From: Candidatus Cloacimonadota bacterium
Lineage (GTDB): Bacteria > Cloacimonadota > Cloacimonadia > JGIOTU-2
DNA length: 64,000 bases
Assembly: GCA_049903315.1 (NCBI GenBank)
Contig: JBNGBT010000001.1
Span: 421,652 to 485,651 of the forward strand
Direction of reading: 5' to 3'
The first letter of the stretch is position 1, and each line of letters opens with the position of its first letter. The notes under the pieces were generated by a model. That model saw only the letters and a program-made list of their open reading frames with translations, was not told the DNA's origin and ran no database searches. A program made the translations under genes and the position numbers. Positions 1-10,463 of this stretch are shown in pieces.

Positions 1-2
1 TT

Positions 3-95
3 GACAATGTTGGGATCACTGCAGGTGCTTCGACACCTAATTGGATAATAAATAGTGTGAAAGAAAAAATAAAAAAAATCAATGAAACGAAATAA
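3..95 (+). CDS. ispH: 3' end of 4-hydroxy-3-methylbut-2-enyl diphosphate reductase (partial, runs off the window start)
   Basis: Frame 3 reads DNVGITAGASTPNWIINSVKEKIKKINETK*. VGITAGASTP is the C-terminal IspH/LytB motif, and ispH next to rpsA is a common arrangement. Confidence 0.9.
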   Translation, partial: DNVGITAGASTPNWIINSVKEKIKKINETK

Positions 96-149
96 GAGGG
101 TCTATTTGTTGCGAACTTACAAAGTAGGCTTCCTCATCGTGGAGGAAAA

Positions 150-2540
150 ATGGCTGATAACGTACAAGCTAAAACTAAGGAAGAAGAAATTTCTAAGGTA
201 GAAGAAAAAGAAGAAAACGAAACTAAAGAAGTTAATGAAACAATCGAGAAAGAAGAAATCAAAGAAGAGGTAAAAGAAGAGAAGACTGAGGAGAAAAAGG
301 AAGAAGAAATTACTGAGGAACTACCCAAAAAGGTTGTGGAACCAATTAAAGATGAAATCCCGGTTGAGCTTCCTAAAGAAGAAGTTGTTGATCAAGAACC
401 TGAAAAAATAGAGGAACCTACTGAAGCATCAGAATTGGAAGAAGCTCCAAAGGATGAAAAAACTGAGGATGTACCGGAAGTTGTTGTTGAAGATAAAGTG
501 AGCGAAGAAGTTCAGGACGTCGCTGAAGAAAAATCAGAAGAGGTAAAAGAACAAGCAAAGCCGGAAGTTCCCGAACCGAAAGTTAAGAAAGAAGATAAAG
601 TAGAGAAGGTTGAAAAAGAAGAGAAAAAAGAGAAGAAAACCCGCAAGAAAAAAGAAGAAAAAATCGAGGATATGACCTCTCTTGAAAATCAAATCAAAAT
701 GTATGAAGAGACAATGGAAACTGTACGTTCAGGAAATATTGTCGAAGGTAATATTATTCGAGTTGATCAAACTGAAGTATTAGTTGATATTGGTTTCAAG
801 GCAGAGGGCGTCGTACCAATTAGTGAATTTGATGAAAATGAGGAGATCAATGTAGGAGATAAAGTTTTTGTGTTTATCGTCAATCGTGAAGGCAGAAATG
901 GGAGACCATTCCTATCAAAAAAGAGAGCCGATATTCAAAAAACATGGAAAGAGCTCGAAGAAAAATCAAAAGTTGATGAAGTCGTGACTGGCCATGTTGT
1001 CAAAAGGGTAAAAGGTGGACTCATAGTTGATGTCAAAGGCATAAACACATTTCTTCCCGCCTCCCAGGTCTCTACAAAAACTTTGCCTAATCTTGATCAT
1101 TTTGTTGGAAAAGAGCTGGATTTCAGGATCATCAATTTTAACCGTGAAAAAGAAAATATCGTAATCTCCAGAAAAATCGTGATCGAAGAAGAAGTCGAAA
1201 AGAAAAAAGAAGATCTTATGGAGAAGCTTCATATGGATGCAGAAATCGACGGTATTGTGAAAAATATCATGGAGTATGGTGTTTTTGTTGATCTTGGTGG
1301 AATTGATGGTTTGCTTCACATTTCAGACATGTCCTGGGGTCATATAACACATCCCTCCGAGATGCTGAATATTGGAGATAAAATAAAAGTTAAAGTCCTT
1401 GATTTTAATAAGGATAATGAAAAAGTTTCTTTGGGTCTGAAACAACTTGTTCCTCACCCTTGGAAAAATATCGAAATAAAATATCCCGAAGGTTCGAAGG
1501 TGGAAGGAAAAGTGACGAACATCACAAATTATGGAGCCTTTGTGGAGCTTGAAAAAGGTGTCGAGGGCTTGATCCATGTGTCCGAAATGTCTTGGACAAA
1601 GCAGATTACTCATCCAAAGCAGATGCTGAAAGTCACTGATGCGGTCAATGCGATCGTGCTCAATGTTGATAAAGAAGAGCATCGTATTTCTCTTGGATTA
1701 AAACAAATAGAGCCCAATCCCTGGCTGACTATCGGAGTCACGCACCCAATAGGATCAACTGTGACCGGCAAGATCAAAAATATCACAAATTTCGGTGCTT
1801 TTATGGAAGTCGAAAAAGATATTGATGGTCTTATCCACATCTCTGATCTTTCATGGACAAGGCGCATTATGCATCCTAGTGAAATGTTGAAAAAAGGACA
1901 GGAAGTAACCGCAGTTGTGCTTTCTATTGATAGAGTCATGCAAAGGATAGCCCTTGGATTGAAACAACTTCAGGATGATCCATGGGAGAAGATAGAGGAA
2001 CGTTTCCCGATAAATTCTGAACATGAGATCGAGGTGATCAAAATAATTCCCAAAGGCGCACTTGTGCTTGCGGATAAGGACTCCGAAATTGAAGGATTCA
2101 TTCCAACTTCTCATCTTGGTATTCCCGGATTGGAAGAACCTGAACTAGCTTTTGATAAAAATGAAATGATCCCGGTTAAAGTGATCGAAGCTGATAAAGA
2201 GAACAGAAGATTGATCTTTAGCGTCAAAACATATTTCTTTGGTAGAGATGAAGAAGAAGTGAATGCTTTTGTACAAGATCATCTGGAAAAGATCAAAGAG
2301 AATAGACGCAAAAAAGAGGAAAAAATAGCTGAGATTAAGAAAGCAGCAAAAGAAAAAGCTAAAGAAGTAGATAATGAAGCAGCAAAAGTAGCAGCTGAAG
2401 AAAAAACTAAAGAAAAAATTATAGATGAAGCTAAAAAACCAGAAAAACCAGAAAAAGAAGTAGATGATGAAGTTGCTGAAGAAGTTGCCAAAGAAGCAGA
2501 TAAAGAAGAAGCTAAAGAAGAGGAACTTTCAGTAGAATAG
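150..2540 (+). CDS. rpsA: 30S ribosomal protein S1 with long Glu/Lys-rich N- and C-terminal extensions
   Basis: Tandem S1 repeats (VDIGFKAEG, YGVFVDLGGIDGLLHISDMSW, YGAFVELEKGVEGLIHVSEMSW, FGAFMEVEKDIDGLIHISDLSW); GGAGG SD upstream. Confidence 0.97.
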   Translation: MADNVQAKTKEEEISKVEEKEENETKEVNETIEKEEIKEEVKEEKTEEKKEEEITEELPKKVVEPIKDEIPVELPKEEVVDQEPEKIEEPTEASELEEAPKDEKTEDVPEVVVEDKVSEEVQDVAEEKSEEVKEQAKPEVPEPKVKKEDKVEKVEKEEKKEKKTRKKKEEKIEDMTSLENQIKMYEETMETVRSGNIVEGNIIRVDQTEVLVDIGFKAEGVVPISEFDENEEINVGDKVFVFIVNREGRNGRPFLSKKRADIQKTWKELEEKSKVDEVVTGHVVKRVKGGLIVDVKGINTFLPASQVSTKTLPNLDHFVGKELDFRIINFNREKENIVISRKIVIEEEVEKKKEDLMEKLHMDAEIDGIVKNIMEYGVFVDLGGIDGLLHISDMSWGHITHPSEMLNIGDKIKVKVLDFNKDNEKVSLGLKQLVPHPWKNIEIKYPEGSKVEGKVTNITNYGAFVELEKGVEGLIHVSEMSWTKQITHPKQMLKVTDAVNAIVLNVDKEEHRISLGLKQIEPNPWLTIGVTHPIGSTVTGKIKNITNFGAFMEVEKDIDGLIHISDLSWTRRIMHPSEMLKKGQEVTAVVLSIDRVMQRIALGLKQLQDDPWEKIEERFPINSEHEIEVIKIIPKGALVLADKDSEIEGFIPTSHLGIPGLEEPELAFDKNEMIPVKVIEADKENRRLIFSVKTYFFGRDEEEVNAFVQDHLEKIKENRRKKEEKIAEIKKAAKEKAKEVDNEAAKVAAEEKTKEKIIDEAKKPEKPEKEVDDEVAEEVAKEADKEEAKEEELSVE

Positions 2541-2563
2541 TATTGAATTGGTAAAAATATAGT

Positions 2564-2592
2564 GGGAAGAACTTTCAGGTTCTTCCCTATTT
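2564..2592. terminator. Intrinsic terminator, probably bidirectional, between convergent rpsA and the EEP gene
   Basis: GGGAAGAAC-tttcag-GTTCTTCCC stem-loop with T-rich/A-rich flanks. Confidence 0.75.
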
Positions 2593-3504
2593 TTATTTCG
2601 AAAAATCTAATTGCATTGCGACGGGAACATGATCAGAAATATAGAGATCATATTCATTCCATCCGCCATCGAAAGAGTTCTGCAAACGCAGCGTTTGTAC
2701 GTCATGAATATTATTGAACAGCTCATTCGTCACAAGTATATGATCCATGTGTGAAGATCCATCTCCCCATGACCACCAATAGTTTGAACCTTCTGCAATA
2801 CCCATATCGACAAATTTGTATTCGAGATCATCTTCAATGAAATTCCAGAATACATTCTGATACTGAGGATCACTTATTTTATCATTAAGATCACCTAGCA
2901 TGATTACCCTGTCTAATGGGTAGGTGGTGTCTATGAAAACCTGCAGGCTTTCACTTGCTGCTTGTCGCCTTTTTTCTTCATCCCAATAATCATCATCAAT
3001 GATCCCGTTTCCGCAGCATTTAAGATGGTTGTTGATCACTACGACAGATATTCCATTCCATGTACATTCAATGATAAAGGGTGCCCGTGGGAAGGCATTG
3101 GAATTATCCCCATAGATTTCATAGCTGTTTTGAATTGAAATTGATGAGGTATTATATATATAGGCGACAAGGAGATCTTCACCACCGTGTGCAATGGTTG
3201 ACCGGATACCATTCCATCCGGGAAGGCTGTCTATAAGCAATTGAAAGTATGCATCTGATTCAATCTCTTGAAGTGCAATAAGATCGACTTTCAAGGTTTC
3301 GATTATTCGGGCGACAAGGTTATTCGTAGTGTATCCTGCTTTTGGATAATTCTGAATATTCCACGTCATGATATCTAAGGTTGCATCAGTTCCATAAGAA
3401 ACACTGTCAACCGATGGTCCAGGGGTGGGATTGTAAGGATTGTTTTCTCCGCAACTTACTACAATGAGAAGGGATATGATCCCAATAAGAAAAATATTTT
3501 TCAT
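2593..3504 (-). CDS. Endonuclease/exonuclease/phosphatase (DNase I-like) family lipoprotein
   Basis: Lipobox VVSC; EEP motifs TWNI, LQEI, HLK, GDLN, DHI, SDH. Confidence 0.85.
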   Translation of the reverse strand: MKNIFLIGIISLLIVVSCGENNPYNPTPGPSVDSVSYGTDATLDIMTWNIQNYPKAGYTTNNLVARIIETLKVDLIALQEIESDAYFQLLIDSLPGWNGIRSTIAHGGEDLLVAYIYNTSSISIQNSYEIYGDNSNAFPRAPFIIECTWNGISVVVINNHLKCCGNGIIDDDYWDEEKRRQAASESLQVFIDTTYPLDRVIMLGDLNDKISDPQYQNVFWNFIEDDLEYKFVDMGIAEGSNYWWSWGDGSSHMDHILVTNELFNNIHDVQTLRLQNSFDGGWNEYDLYISDHVPVAMQLDFSK

Positions 3505-3512
3505 AAGATGTC

Positions 3513-5918
3513 CTAATAATATGATTTACTGTCCGATTGAAGAAATCTCAGGTCTGGTAGTTTTTTTACTTGTATTTCGAGCCGGTATGACCAATAGGTG
3601 CCGGATTTATCCCAGCTGAATTTGAGCTGCCAGCAATGAAGATCACGATATACATCGATGCTCTGGCTGATGAGTTCTTTTTCTTTGAAATTATAATAAT
3701 TCGAGTAAGTAAGGTTCCAGTTTTTTGTAAGATTAACATGAAGCGTGTTATGTAATCCGGAACTGTAGTAACCTGTCTGGGTATTTTTTTTATAGGAAAA
3801 GGATGAAGTTATATCCCATGGCTTGGTTTCCGGCTTATGAGAATCCTTGCAGCACTCTTCATCAGAGCTGATGCCTTTCATGTTAAAGGTCGGCTTCACA
3901 GGATAATAATTCATATAATCTAAATTTCCTTTCAGAGATAATGTAGCAGAAAGTTCGTAGTTTGTCAGATTCATTGTGTAAAAATCCTGCACACCCTTGA
4001 AATTATTTGAGAAATTTAGAGTCGTTGAACCAATAGTCATATTGAATGGCATTGTTGTGATGCTGTGGGTGAGAGTGCTGAATCCTTTCGGTTTTTTCTG
4101 GAAATCGTAACTTAAAGAAGTTTTCAATGTAAAAAGGTCATTGAGTTTCTTTTCTTTTCCTTCTTTATCTATCACTTTTGCTTGCAGTTTGTTCGTAAGT
4201 CCAAAGGAGATTTTTTCCGATCTGCCGGCTTTTGAGATGGATATCGAAGAGAAGTTATAGAATCTATCATTCGAGGAAAAATCTGGATGCATTGTATACG
4301 TTATGTCCGGTGTAATTATGTGCCGAAGTGCTTGCAACCTTCTTTTTGGGAAAGTGAATACGCCATATATATCAGTAGAAATACGTGTCGTACTGTTGTA
4401 GTCATAACCCCGAACGAACTTATTATTATTCTTATCTTTATCTTCCCAAATTTCATTATAATTAAAGGTTTGCTGGAATTTAAAATATTTAAAGAGATCA
4501 TGATTATAACTCAATGAAAGTGAATGTTTGATTCCTTCCCGATGTTCTGAAATATAGTTGCCAAGCGAATCATAAGTATCTTTATAAAGGAGTTGAGCAA
4601 GAGTAGGATCATTTGTGTTCAATTCTCCATAATGAAGCAGTGTATTATTATATGAAAAGTAAATATTACTTAAAATTGATTTTTCAGATGCCCGTTTATT
4701 CAACATTTTTGCAAGATTCATTCTGTATAGTCGAAATGAGATGGAGGGAAGCTTCAGGGTCATGTTGTCGGTTTTTTGCGGGTAGGTATATGCCCGAAAA
4801 TCACAATATCCGGATAAGCTAAAAAATGTGCCTTTTGTTGAATAATATATTTTTGAATAATATGTCTGATCCTTATCGATGAGATTTTTCCTATAATCGA
4901 GGGTTGTGTTAAAGTTGTTCTTGTTTTTGAGGTAGGAATAATAAATATAGGAATGAAGAGACTGATCCATCCTTGTTTCCTGGTCATCACTGGTTTTGCG
5001 AATATCTGCATCGCTTACAAAATCAGCTTTCAGGCTAAGATCACTATATGGAGATAGTATTTGCTTGTGATACGCATCGATCGACCATCGCAACCGGTAA
5101 TCGTCATTGAGCTGCTCGTGATAGTAAAGAAAGCGCGAATCGATCCTCCCATCGAGAATATATCTTTTAATATAACGTGCACGATACCTGAATTCTATTC
5201 CAGTCAATTCCATAAGATCAATCGAAAAAAGCATATCAGAATAATCGCTCAGCGCGAGGAAATATGCGATATTTTTCAGGAATTTACCTTCTGCGCTGCT
5301 ATAGCCCGGTTCAGGCAGAAGAAATCCAGATCTTCTTTCCTGGTTGATCGGGAAAGTTGCAAAGGGCAGCACGAGGATCGGAAAATAATTAATATACAGG
5401 ACTACGGGCTTGGCAACGATTTTCTCATTGAGAAATATTCTGAATTTCGGACTGAAAATAAAGTACTGGGATTCATCCTCGCAGGTTGTGAATTTCGCAT
5501 TATCAATGTCCAGGACATCCTTTCCTACTTTTCGGATCTTTGAGCCAGCATAGTACCCGTCTTCGAATTTTGTCCTTCCATTTAGAAGCAAGCCCTCCTC
5601 GGAATCTATATTATAATAAATTGTTGAGCCAAATATCTTCTGCTCTCCGTCAAAAAGCTCTGATTCTCCGTGAGAGAGTGCGATCTTCTTATCGAGATCA
5701 ATGATCATTGAATCGGAATTTATATATGAATTATGATATCTTATGAATGCTTTTTCGATGAGTTTTATCTGTTCCTTATCAATATGATAAATGATTTTTT
5801 TCGCAGAATAATCGAGGGAATCAAGAGAAACAGCAGTAGTATCTGAGTCCTCTTGTGCACGAGCAAATGCCGGGATCATGCAGAGCATAAGCACGAGGAA
5901 CAGATAAAATTTTTTCAT
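3513..5918 (-). CDS. lptD: LPS assembly outer-membrane protein LptD (probable start MKKFYLF at 5918)
   Basis: Signal peptide, OstA-like N-terminus, FTTC motif, RRSGFLLP, C-terminal YRDLHCWQ typical of FCB-group LptD. Confidence 0.85.
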   Translation of the reverse strand: MKKFYLFLVLMLCMIPAFARAQEDSDTTAVSLDSLDYSAKKIIYHIDKEQIKLIEKAFIRYHNSYINSDSMIIDLDKKIALSHGESELFDGEQKIFGSTIYYNIDSEEGLLLNGRTKFEDGYYAGSKIRKVGKDVLDIDNAKFTTCEDESQYFIFSPKFRIFLNEKIVAKPVVLYINYFPILVLPFATFPINQERRSGFLLPEPGYSSAEGKFLKNIAYFLALSDYSDMLFSIDLMELTGIEFRYRARYIKRYILDGRIDSRFLYYHEQLNDDYRLRWSIDAYHKQILSPYSDLSLKADFVSDADIRKTSDDQETRMDQSLHSYIYYSYLKNKNNFNTTLDYRKNLIDKDQTYYSKIYYSTKGTFFSLSGYCDFRAYTYPQKTDNMTLKLPSISFRLYRMNLAKMLNKRASEKSILSNIYFSYNNTLLHYGELNTNDPTLAQLLYKDTYDSLGNYISEHREGIKHSLSLSYNHDLFKYFKFQQTFNYNEIWEDKDKNNNKFVRGYDYNSTTRISTDIYGVFTFPKRRLQALRHIITPDITYTMHPDFSSNDRFYNFSSISISKAGRSEKISFGLTNKLQAKVIDKEGKEKKLNDLFTLKTSLSYDFQKKPKGFSTLTHSITTMPFNMTIGSTTLNFSNNFKGVQDFYTMNLTNYELSATLSLKGNLDYMNYYPVKPTFNMKGISSDEECCKDSHKPETKPWDITSSFSYKKNTQTGYYSSGLHNTLHVNLTKNWNLTYSNYYNFKEKELISQSIDVYRDLHCWQLKFSWDKSGTYWSYRLEIQVKKLPDLRFLQSDSKSYY

Positions 5919-6084
5919 ATATTTCTTTCCCGATATTGTGCGATTGGTGTCAAGTATTCTCAATTTAGACAGAAATGGGCAGTCATTTGCCTATAACAGT
6001 TGACAAGAAGAACTCACCAGAGAAAATATTCAAAATTTTATAAATTCATGCTGAGTTTCTTCAAAAACTTGAACGGAGAATTCG

Positions 6085-9000
6085 ATGAAGGGCTTGCGCC
6101 TTAATAAAAAAGTAAAAGAGAATCTCAAAGCTCTACCTATAATAAATAGAATAGATCGGATTATGGCAGATGATCTATCGCTCCTCAGGTCTATTGTTTA
6201 TGAACTGAATTTGAAAAATGACATCAGTAAAAATCCCGAAAAAGTTATCAAGCCAAGTGAATTGTTTGGAATGATAGTACTCGGGAATATTTATCAGAAT
6301 ATATTTGATCAATATCTGAAGGAAGCTGAGTTTAGTACAATTGAAGATAAGGAAAATTTTGGAGAATGGCTGAAGAATTACTTTTTTTCTCAAAATCCTG
6401 CATTAAAAAATTATAGGGAATTCATTAAAATATACGAACTCGAGAACCCGAAATTTTCAAAAAAGAATCTCGCAGACTCCATAAAATATTATGGAATTGA
6501 TAAACAATCATTATTCGATTTTATTTTGGACCCTATTACCAGATCACCAAATTCTCTTAAAGGGCAGCTTACATATATTTATGAAAACTGGGCAGCATAT
6601 ATGGGTGAAGAAATGATATTGCTGTTAAGAGCTTTGGATCTTTTCAAAGAAGAGGAAAAATGGGGTTTTGCAGGCCCCGGCGAGAGCAAGCTATATTCTT
6701 TCATCTCTGAATGGGATGAACCCGAAAGATTTTCACCGGATAAAGACTGGATGCCTTCTCTTGTTCTTCTCGCAAAGAATATCTTTGTGTGGCTTGATCA
6801 ACTCAGTGAGAAATATAAACTGGAGATAACAAAACTCGATCAAATCCCTGATGAGGAGCTGCATCTTCTCGCACAGAGCGGTTTTACGGGATTATGGCTT
6901 ATCGGTATCTGGGAACGAAGCAGGGCTTCTCAACGCATAAAGCACCTTATAGGAAATATAGATGCATTGGCTTCAGCATATTCTATAAAACGCTACCAGA
7001 TCGCTCATGCACTCGGAGGAGAAGAGTCACTTCATAATTTATCAAATAGAGCATGGAAATGCGGTATTCGACTCGGTTGTGATATGGTACCCAATCATAT
7101 GGCGATTGATTCGGATTGGATTTATGAGCATCCCGACTGGTTTATACAATGCTCTTATTCACCATTTCCTTCATACACATTTACCGGAGAAAATTTATCA
7201 GATCATCCGAATGTGGAAATTTATCTTGAAGATCATTATTATGACCATTCCGATGCTGCAGTGGTCTTCAAATATATTGATCACCGTGACGGAAAAATGC
7301 GCTATATCTATCATGGAAATGATGGCACGAGTTTTCCGTGGAATGATACTGCCCAATTGAATTACCTGCTGCCGGCAGTACGTGAGGCTGTCATTAAGCA
7401 GATCTTATACATTGCTCGACAATTTCCAATAATCAGATTTGATGCAGCGATGACCCTTTCAAAGAAGCATTTTCAACGGCTCTGGTTTCCGGAACCAGGC
7501 ACAGGAGGAGATATTCCAAGTCGTGCAGAATATAGTATGTCAAAGCAGGAATTCAATGAGCTGATGCCTGTGGAATTCTGGAGAGAAGTTGTCGAGAGAG
7601 TTGCAGAAGAAGCACCGGACACCCTTCTTCTTGCAGAAGCATTCTGGATGATGGAAGGATATTTTGTCCGTTCTCTGGGTATGCATCGGGTCTATAACAG
7701 TGCCTTTATGAATATGCTGAAAAGAGAGGAAAATAGTAATTACAGGCAATCAATTAAGAATGTTCTCGAATTCGATCCTCAAATCTTGAAACGCTTCGTG
7801 AATTTCATGAGTAATCCTGATGAAGAAACTGCTGTTGCTCAGTTCGGGATGGATGATAAATATTTCGGCGTATGCATCATAATGAGCACAATGCCTGGCC
7901 TGCCTATGTTTGCTCATGGACAAGTACAAGGATTTCATGAACGGTACGGGATGGAATTCTATAAGCCCAAATGGAAAGAGCAGGAGCAGCTTGATTTTAT
8001 TGAAAGGCATAAGAGAGAGATATTTCCTTTACTGCGCAAGCGATACATGTTTTCTGATGTTGAACACTATCATCTTTTTGATTTCACCGGACAGGATGGA
8101 ACTACTGATGAAAATGTATTTGCTTATTCCAATGAGTATGATCATAAAAAATCACTTATAGTTTTTCATAATAAATATGAAAATACAAAAGGGTGGATTC
8201 ATTGGACATATGATGCAGAAAAAGATAGCAACGGAGTAACAATATGGGTGAGAAGAGATTTATCTGAAATTCTTGCTGTTCCTGTTGAGGAAAAAAGTTT
8301 TGTCATATTCCGAGATGTAATTCAGGATCGGGAATATATTCGAAATGCAAAAGAATTGCACGAATATGGACTTTTTCTTGAACTTGGTGCTTTCAAGTAT
8401 GCAGTGTTCATGGATTTCAAAATAGTTCATGATGATGGTAATGAATCTTACAAAAATTTGTCTTCCTATCTTCAGGGTGGGGGAGTAAAAAATCTGGAAA
8501 AGGAAAGGAAACGGAATATGCATCGAGCAATGTACGAGAGTTTTGATTCATTAGTTTCAGAAGAAACCTTTCTCAAAATGTTTTCAGTTTCAGATGACAC
8601 ATTCATGTTAGATAAAATCTTGGATAAACTATCAATTTTTCTGCATTCAATCAGCATGGAGGGTGTTACTCCTATTAAGATTAATGACTTGATAGAAATG
8701 TACAGGCAGGATGCGCTAAAAACCATTTCCCTTTTTGATGAAAAATTCACCATCAGCCATGACCAGTTCTATGTCCTCTATATATGGCTCGTCCTGAGAC
8801 GAACCGGCAGGAGTTTCATTGAAGAATACGGTTTGGAAGAGCACCTTGTTGAAAAGATCAATAGCTATACTCAATCAGATTTCGGAAATTTCTATACAAA
8901 TTTGATAAAGTTTCTTATCTCGGAACAGGAAATATGGAAACATTTTGAAACTGAAACAAGCTACTCTTTCCTCGAAAAACTTTTTAAAATTGAAGAAGTG

Positions 9001-9234
9001 CGTAAACTGCTCGAGTTTAACTGGTTTGATGACATGCTCTGGTTCAAGAAAGAATCTTTTGACGAATTTTTCATCCTTCTCGAAATTACGCAGACAGTGA
9101 GTTTAATGACAACTTCCTGCAAGGTAGAAACACAAAAAATACTCATTAAAATTCAGGATTGTTTTCATAAGATCAGGAAAGCTTATGCGTTTTCAGATTT
9201 TAAAGTAAATCAATTTTTGGAAGGATTAAAATAG
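6085..9234 (+). CDS. Alpha-amylase family (GH13) glycoside hydrolase, large cytoplasmic type
   Basis: GH13 regions DMVPNH, RFDAAM (nucleophile D), LAEAF (acid/base E), NPDE; no signal peptide. Confidence 0.85.
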   Translation: MKGLRLNKKVKENLKALPIINRIDRIMADDLSLLRSIVYELNLKNDISKNPEKVIKPSELFGMIVLGNIYQNIFDQYLKEAEFSTIEDKENFGEWLKNYFFSQNPALKNYREFIKIYELENPKFSKKNLADSIKYYGIDKQSLFDFILDPITRSPNSLKGQLTYIYENWAAYMGEEMILLLRALDLFKEEEKWGFAGPGESKLYSFISEWDEPERFSPDKDWMPSLVLLAKNIFVWLDQLSEKYKLEITKLDQIPDEELHLLAQSGFTGLWLIGIWERSRASQRIKHLIGNIDALASAYSIKRYQIAHALGGEESLHNLSNRAWKCGIRLGCDMVPNHMAIDSDWIYEHPDWFIQCSYSPFPSYTFTGENLSDHPNVEIYLEDHYYDHSDAAVVFKYIDHRDGKMRYIYHGNDGTSFPWNDTAQLNYLLPAVREAVIKQILYIARQFPIIRFDAAMTLSKKHFQRLWFPEPGTGGDIPSRAEYSMSKQEFNELMPVEFWREVVERVAEEAPDTLLLAEAFWMMEGYFVRSLGMHRVYNSAFMNMLKREENSNYRQSIKNVLEFDPQILKRFVNFMSNPDEETAVAQFGMDDKYFGVCIIMSTMPGLPMFAHGQVQGFHERYGMEFYKPKWKEQEQLDFIERHKREIFPLLRKRYMFSDVEHYHLFDFTGQDGTTDENVFAYSNEYDHKKSLIVFHNKYENTKGWIHWTYDAEKDSNGVTIWVRRDLSEILAVPVEEKSFVIFRDVIQDREYIRNAKELHEYGLFLELGAFKYAVFMDFKIVHDDGNESYKNLSSYLQGGGVKNLEKERKRNMHRAMYESFDSLVSEETFLKMFSVSDDTFMLDKILDKLSIFLHSISMEGVTPIKINDLIEMYRQDALKTISLFDEKFTISHDQFYVLYIWLVLRRTGRSFIEEYGLEEHLVEKINSYTQSDFGNFYTNLIKFLISEQEIWKHFETETSYSFLEKLFKIEEVRKLLEFNWFDDMLWFKKESFDEFFILLEITQTVSLMTTSCKVETQKILIKIQDCFHKIRKAYAFSDFKVNQFLEGLK

Positions 9235-9239
9235 TCTTT

Positions 9240-10463
9240 ATGAAAAGGTTTGTGATCCTGCTTCTGATAATTGGACTTATGCTTAGCTGTACTCCCAAAC
9301 GAACGACGTTTATCATTGCAGATAGTGAAGCTCTTGAAGAATTATTTACTCAACCTCAACAAAATATAAAAGTAATTTTGGAAGCAGGTGAGTATCATCT
9401 TACCCAAGAATATTTTATCGATCAAACCTGTGGCAACTGCCAGGAACCGAATGAGCCAATTTCTGCTACGAGAGGAATTACTATTTCCGGAAAAAATATT
9501 TCTATCACCGGACCGGTCGACAGAACCGCAGTAATTCATACACATGCCGGATACGGAATATATATAAAGGATTTAGAAAAAGGAATTATAGAGAATCTTA
9601 CGATTACCGGTACTCTTCGGGACACAGCACAGATGGCAACTGATGCAGCGATAGTCGTTTTAAATAGTGATATCGTGATCAGAGATAATACAATCCGGGA
9701 TAACCTCGGTGATTCATTATTGATCTCGAAACATATTTCCGGTGTCATGGGAATTTGCGGACGGGAAAATTCTCGCATGCAGATTATCGGCAACGATATT
9801 CTGAGAAATTCATGGGACGGGATCGCACTGTACAGAGATTCCTACGCAGAGATCATTGGCAATAAGATAGATGGGATTGATAAATCAGTCGGACGTTTAC
9901 CTGAAGGCGGGAGAGGTGTTGCCATTGGTGTAACTTGGAATGCCAAGGCAGAAATCAAATACAATTACATTGCGCGATATTGGAAGGGAATTGGTGTTTT
10001 TGTCGATGCTGATTGTGAAATTGAGAATAATATCATTGAGGATATGATCACATGGGGGATAGCATTGTGGGATGCAGATAAAGGTGCACCAAAAGCACAC
10101 ATAAGTAATAATATTATTTTTGATGTAGGTGCGTGTGGAATTTCAATCACCAAATCAAATGAAGAGACAGAATCCGGCAGCCTGATTGGGAATATTGTCG
10201 TAAAAGCCGGACAGAATGAAAGATATGATTCCCCTGATTACTATTGTTATCAAACATCGCTTGCGATGCACCAAGTTCCCCAAAATTTTGAGATCAGGGA
10301 TAATCTCTTTTTTGATAACAGGCGTGCAACAAACGATCTTCCTGATTATGATATTCCGAAAGAGCAATTTCTTAAAAAGATAATGAAGAAAAAATCAATA
10401 CTCTTTTCAAATCCCTATTTCATTCAATCCGTGTTTTATCAAACTTATTTTATAGATTTATGA
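9240..10463 (+). CDS. Right-handed parallel beta-helix repeat lipoprotein
   Basis: Lipobox LMLSC; repeated I-x-x-N-x-I and GI beta-helix units. Confidence 0.75.
   Translation: MKRFVILLLIIGLMLSCTPKRTTFIIADSEALEELFTQPQQNIKVILEAGEYHLTQEYFIDQTCGNCQEPNEPISATRGITISGKNISITGPVDRTAVIHTHAGYGIYIKDLEKGIIENLTITGTLRDTAQMATDAAIVVLNSDIVIRDNTIRDNLGDSLLISKHISGVMGICGRENSRMQIIGNDILRNSWDGIALYRDSYAEIIGNKIDGIDKSVGRLPEGGRGVAIGVTWNAKAEIKYNYIARYWKGIGVFVDADCEIENNIIEDMITWGIALWDADKGAPKAHISNNIIFDVGACGISITKSNEETESGSLIGNIVVKAGQNERYDSPDYYCYQTSLAMHQVPQNFEIRDNLFFDNRRATNDLPDYDIPKEQFLKKIMKKKSILFSNPYFIQSVFYQTYFIDL

Noticed and set aside
1831..1839. Perfect DnaA box TTATCCACA
   Set aside because: Single copy inside the rpsA coding sequence; no cluster.
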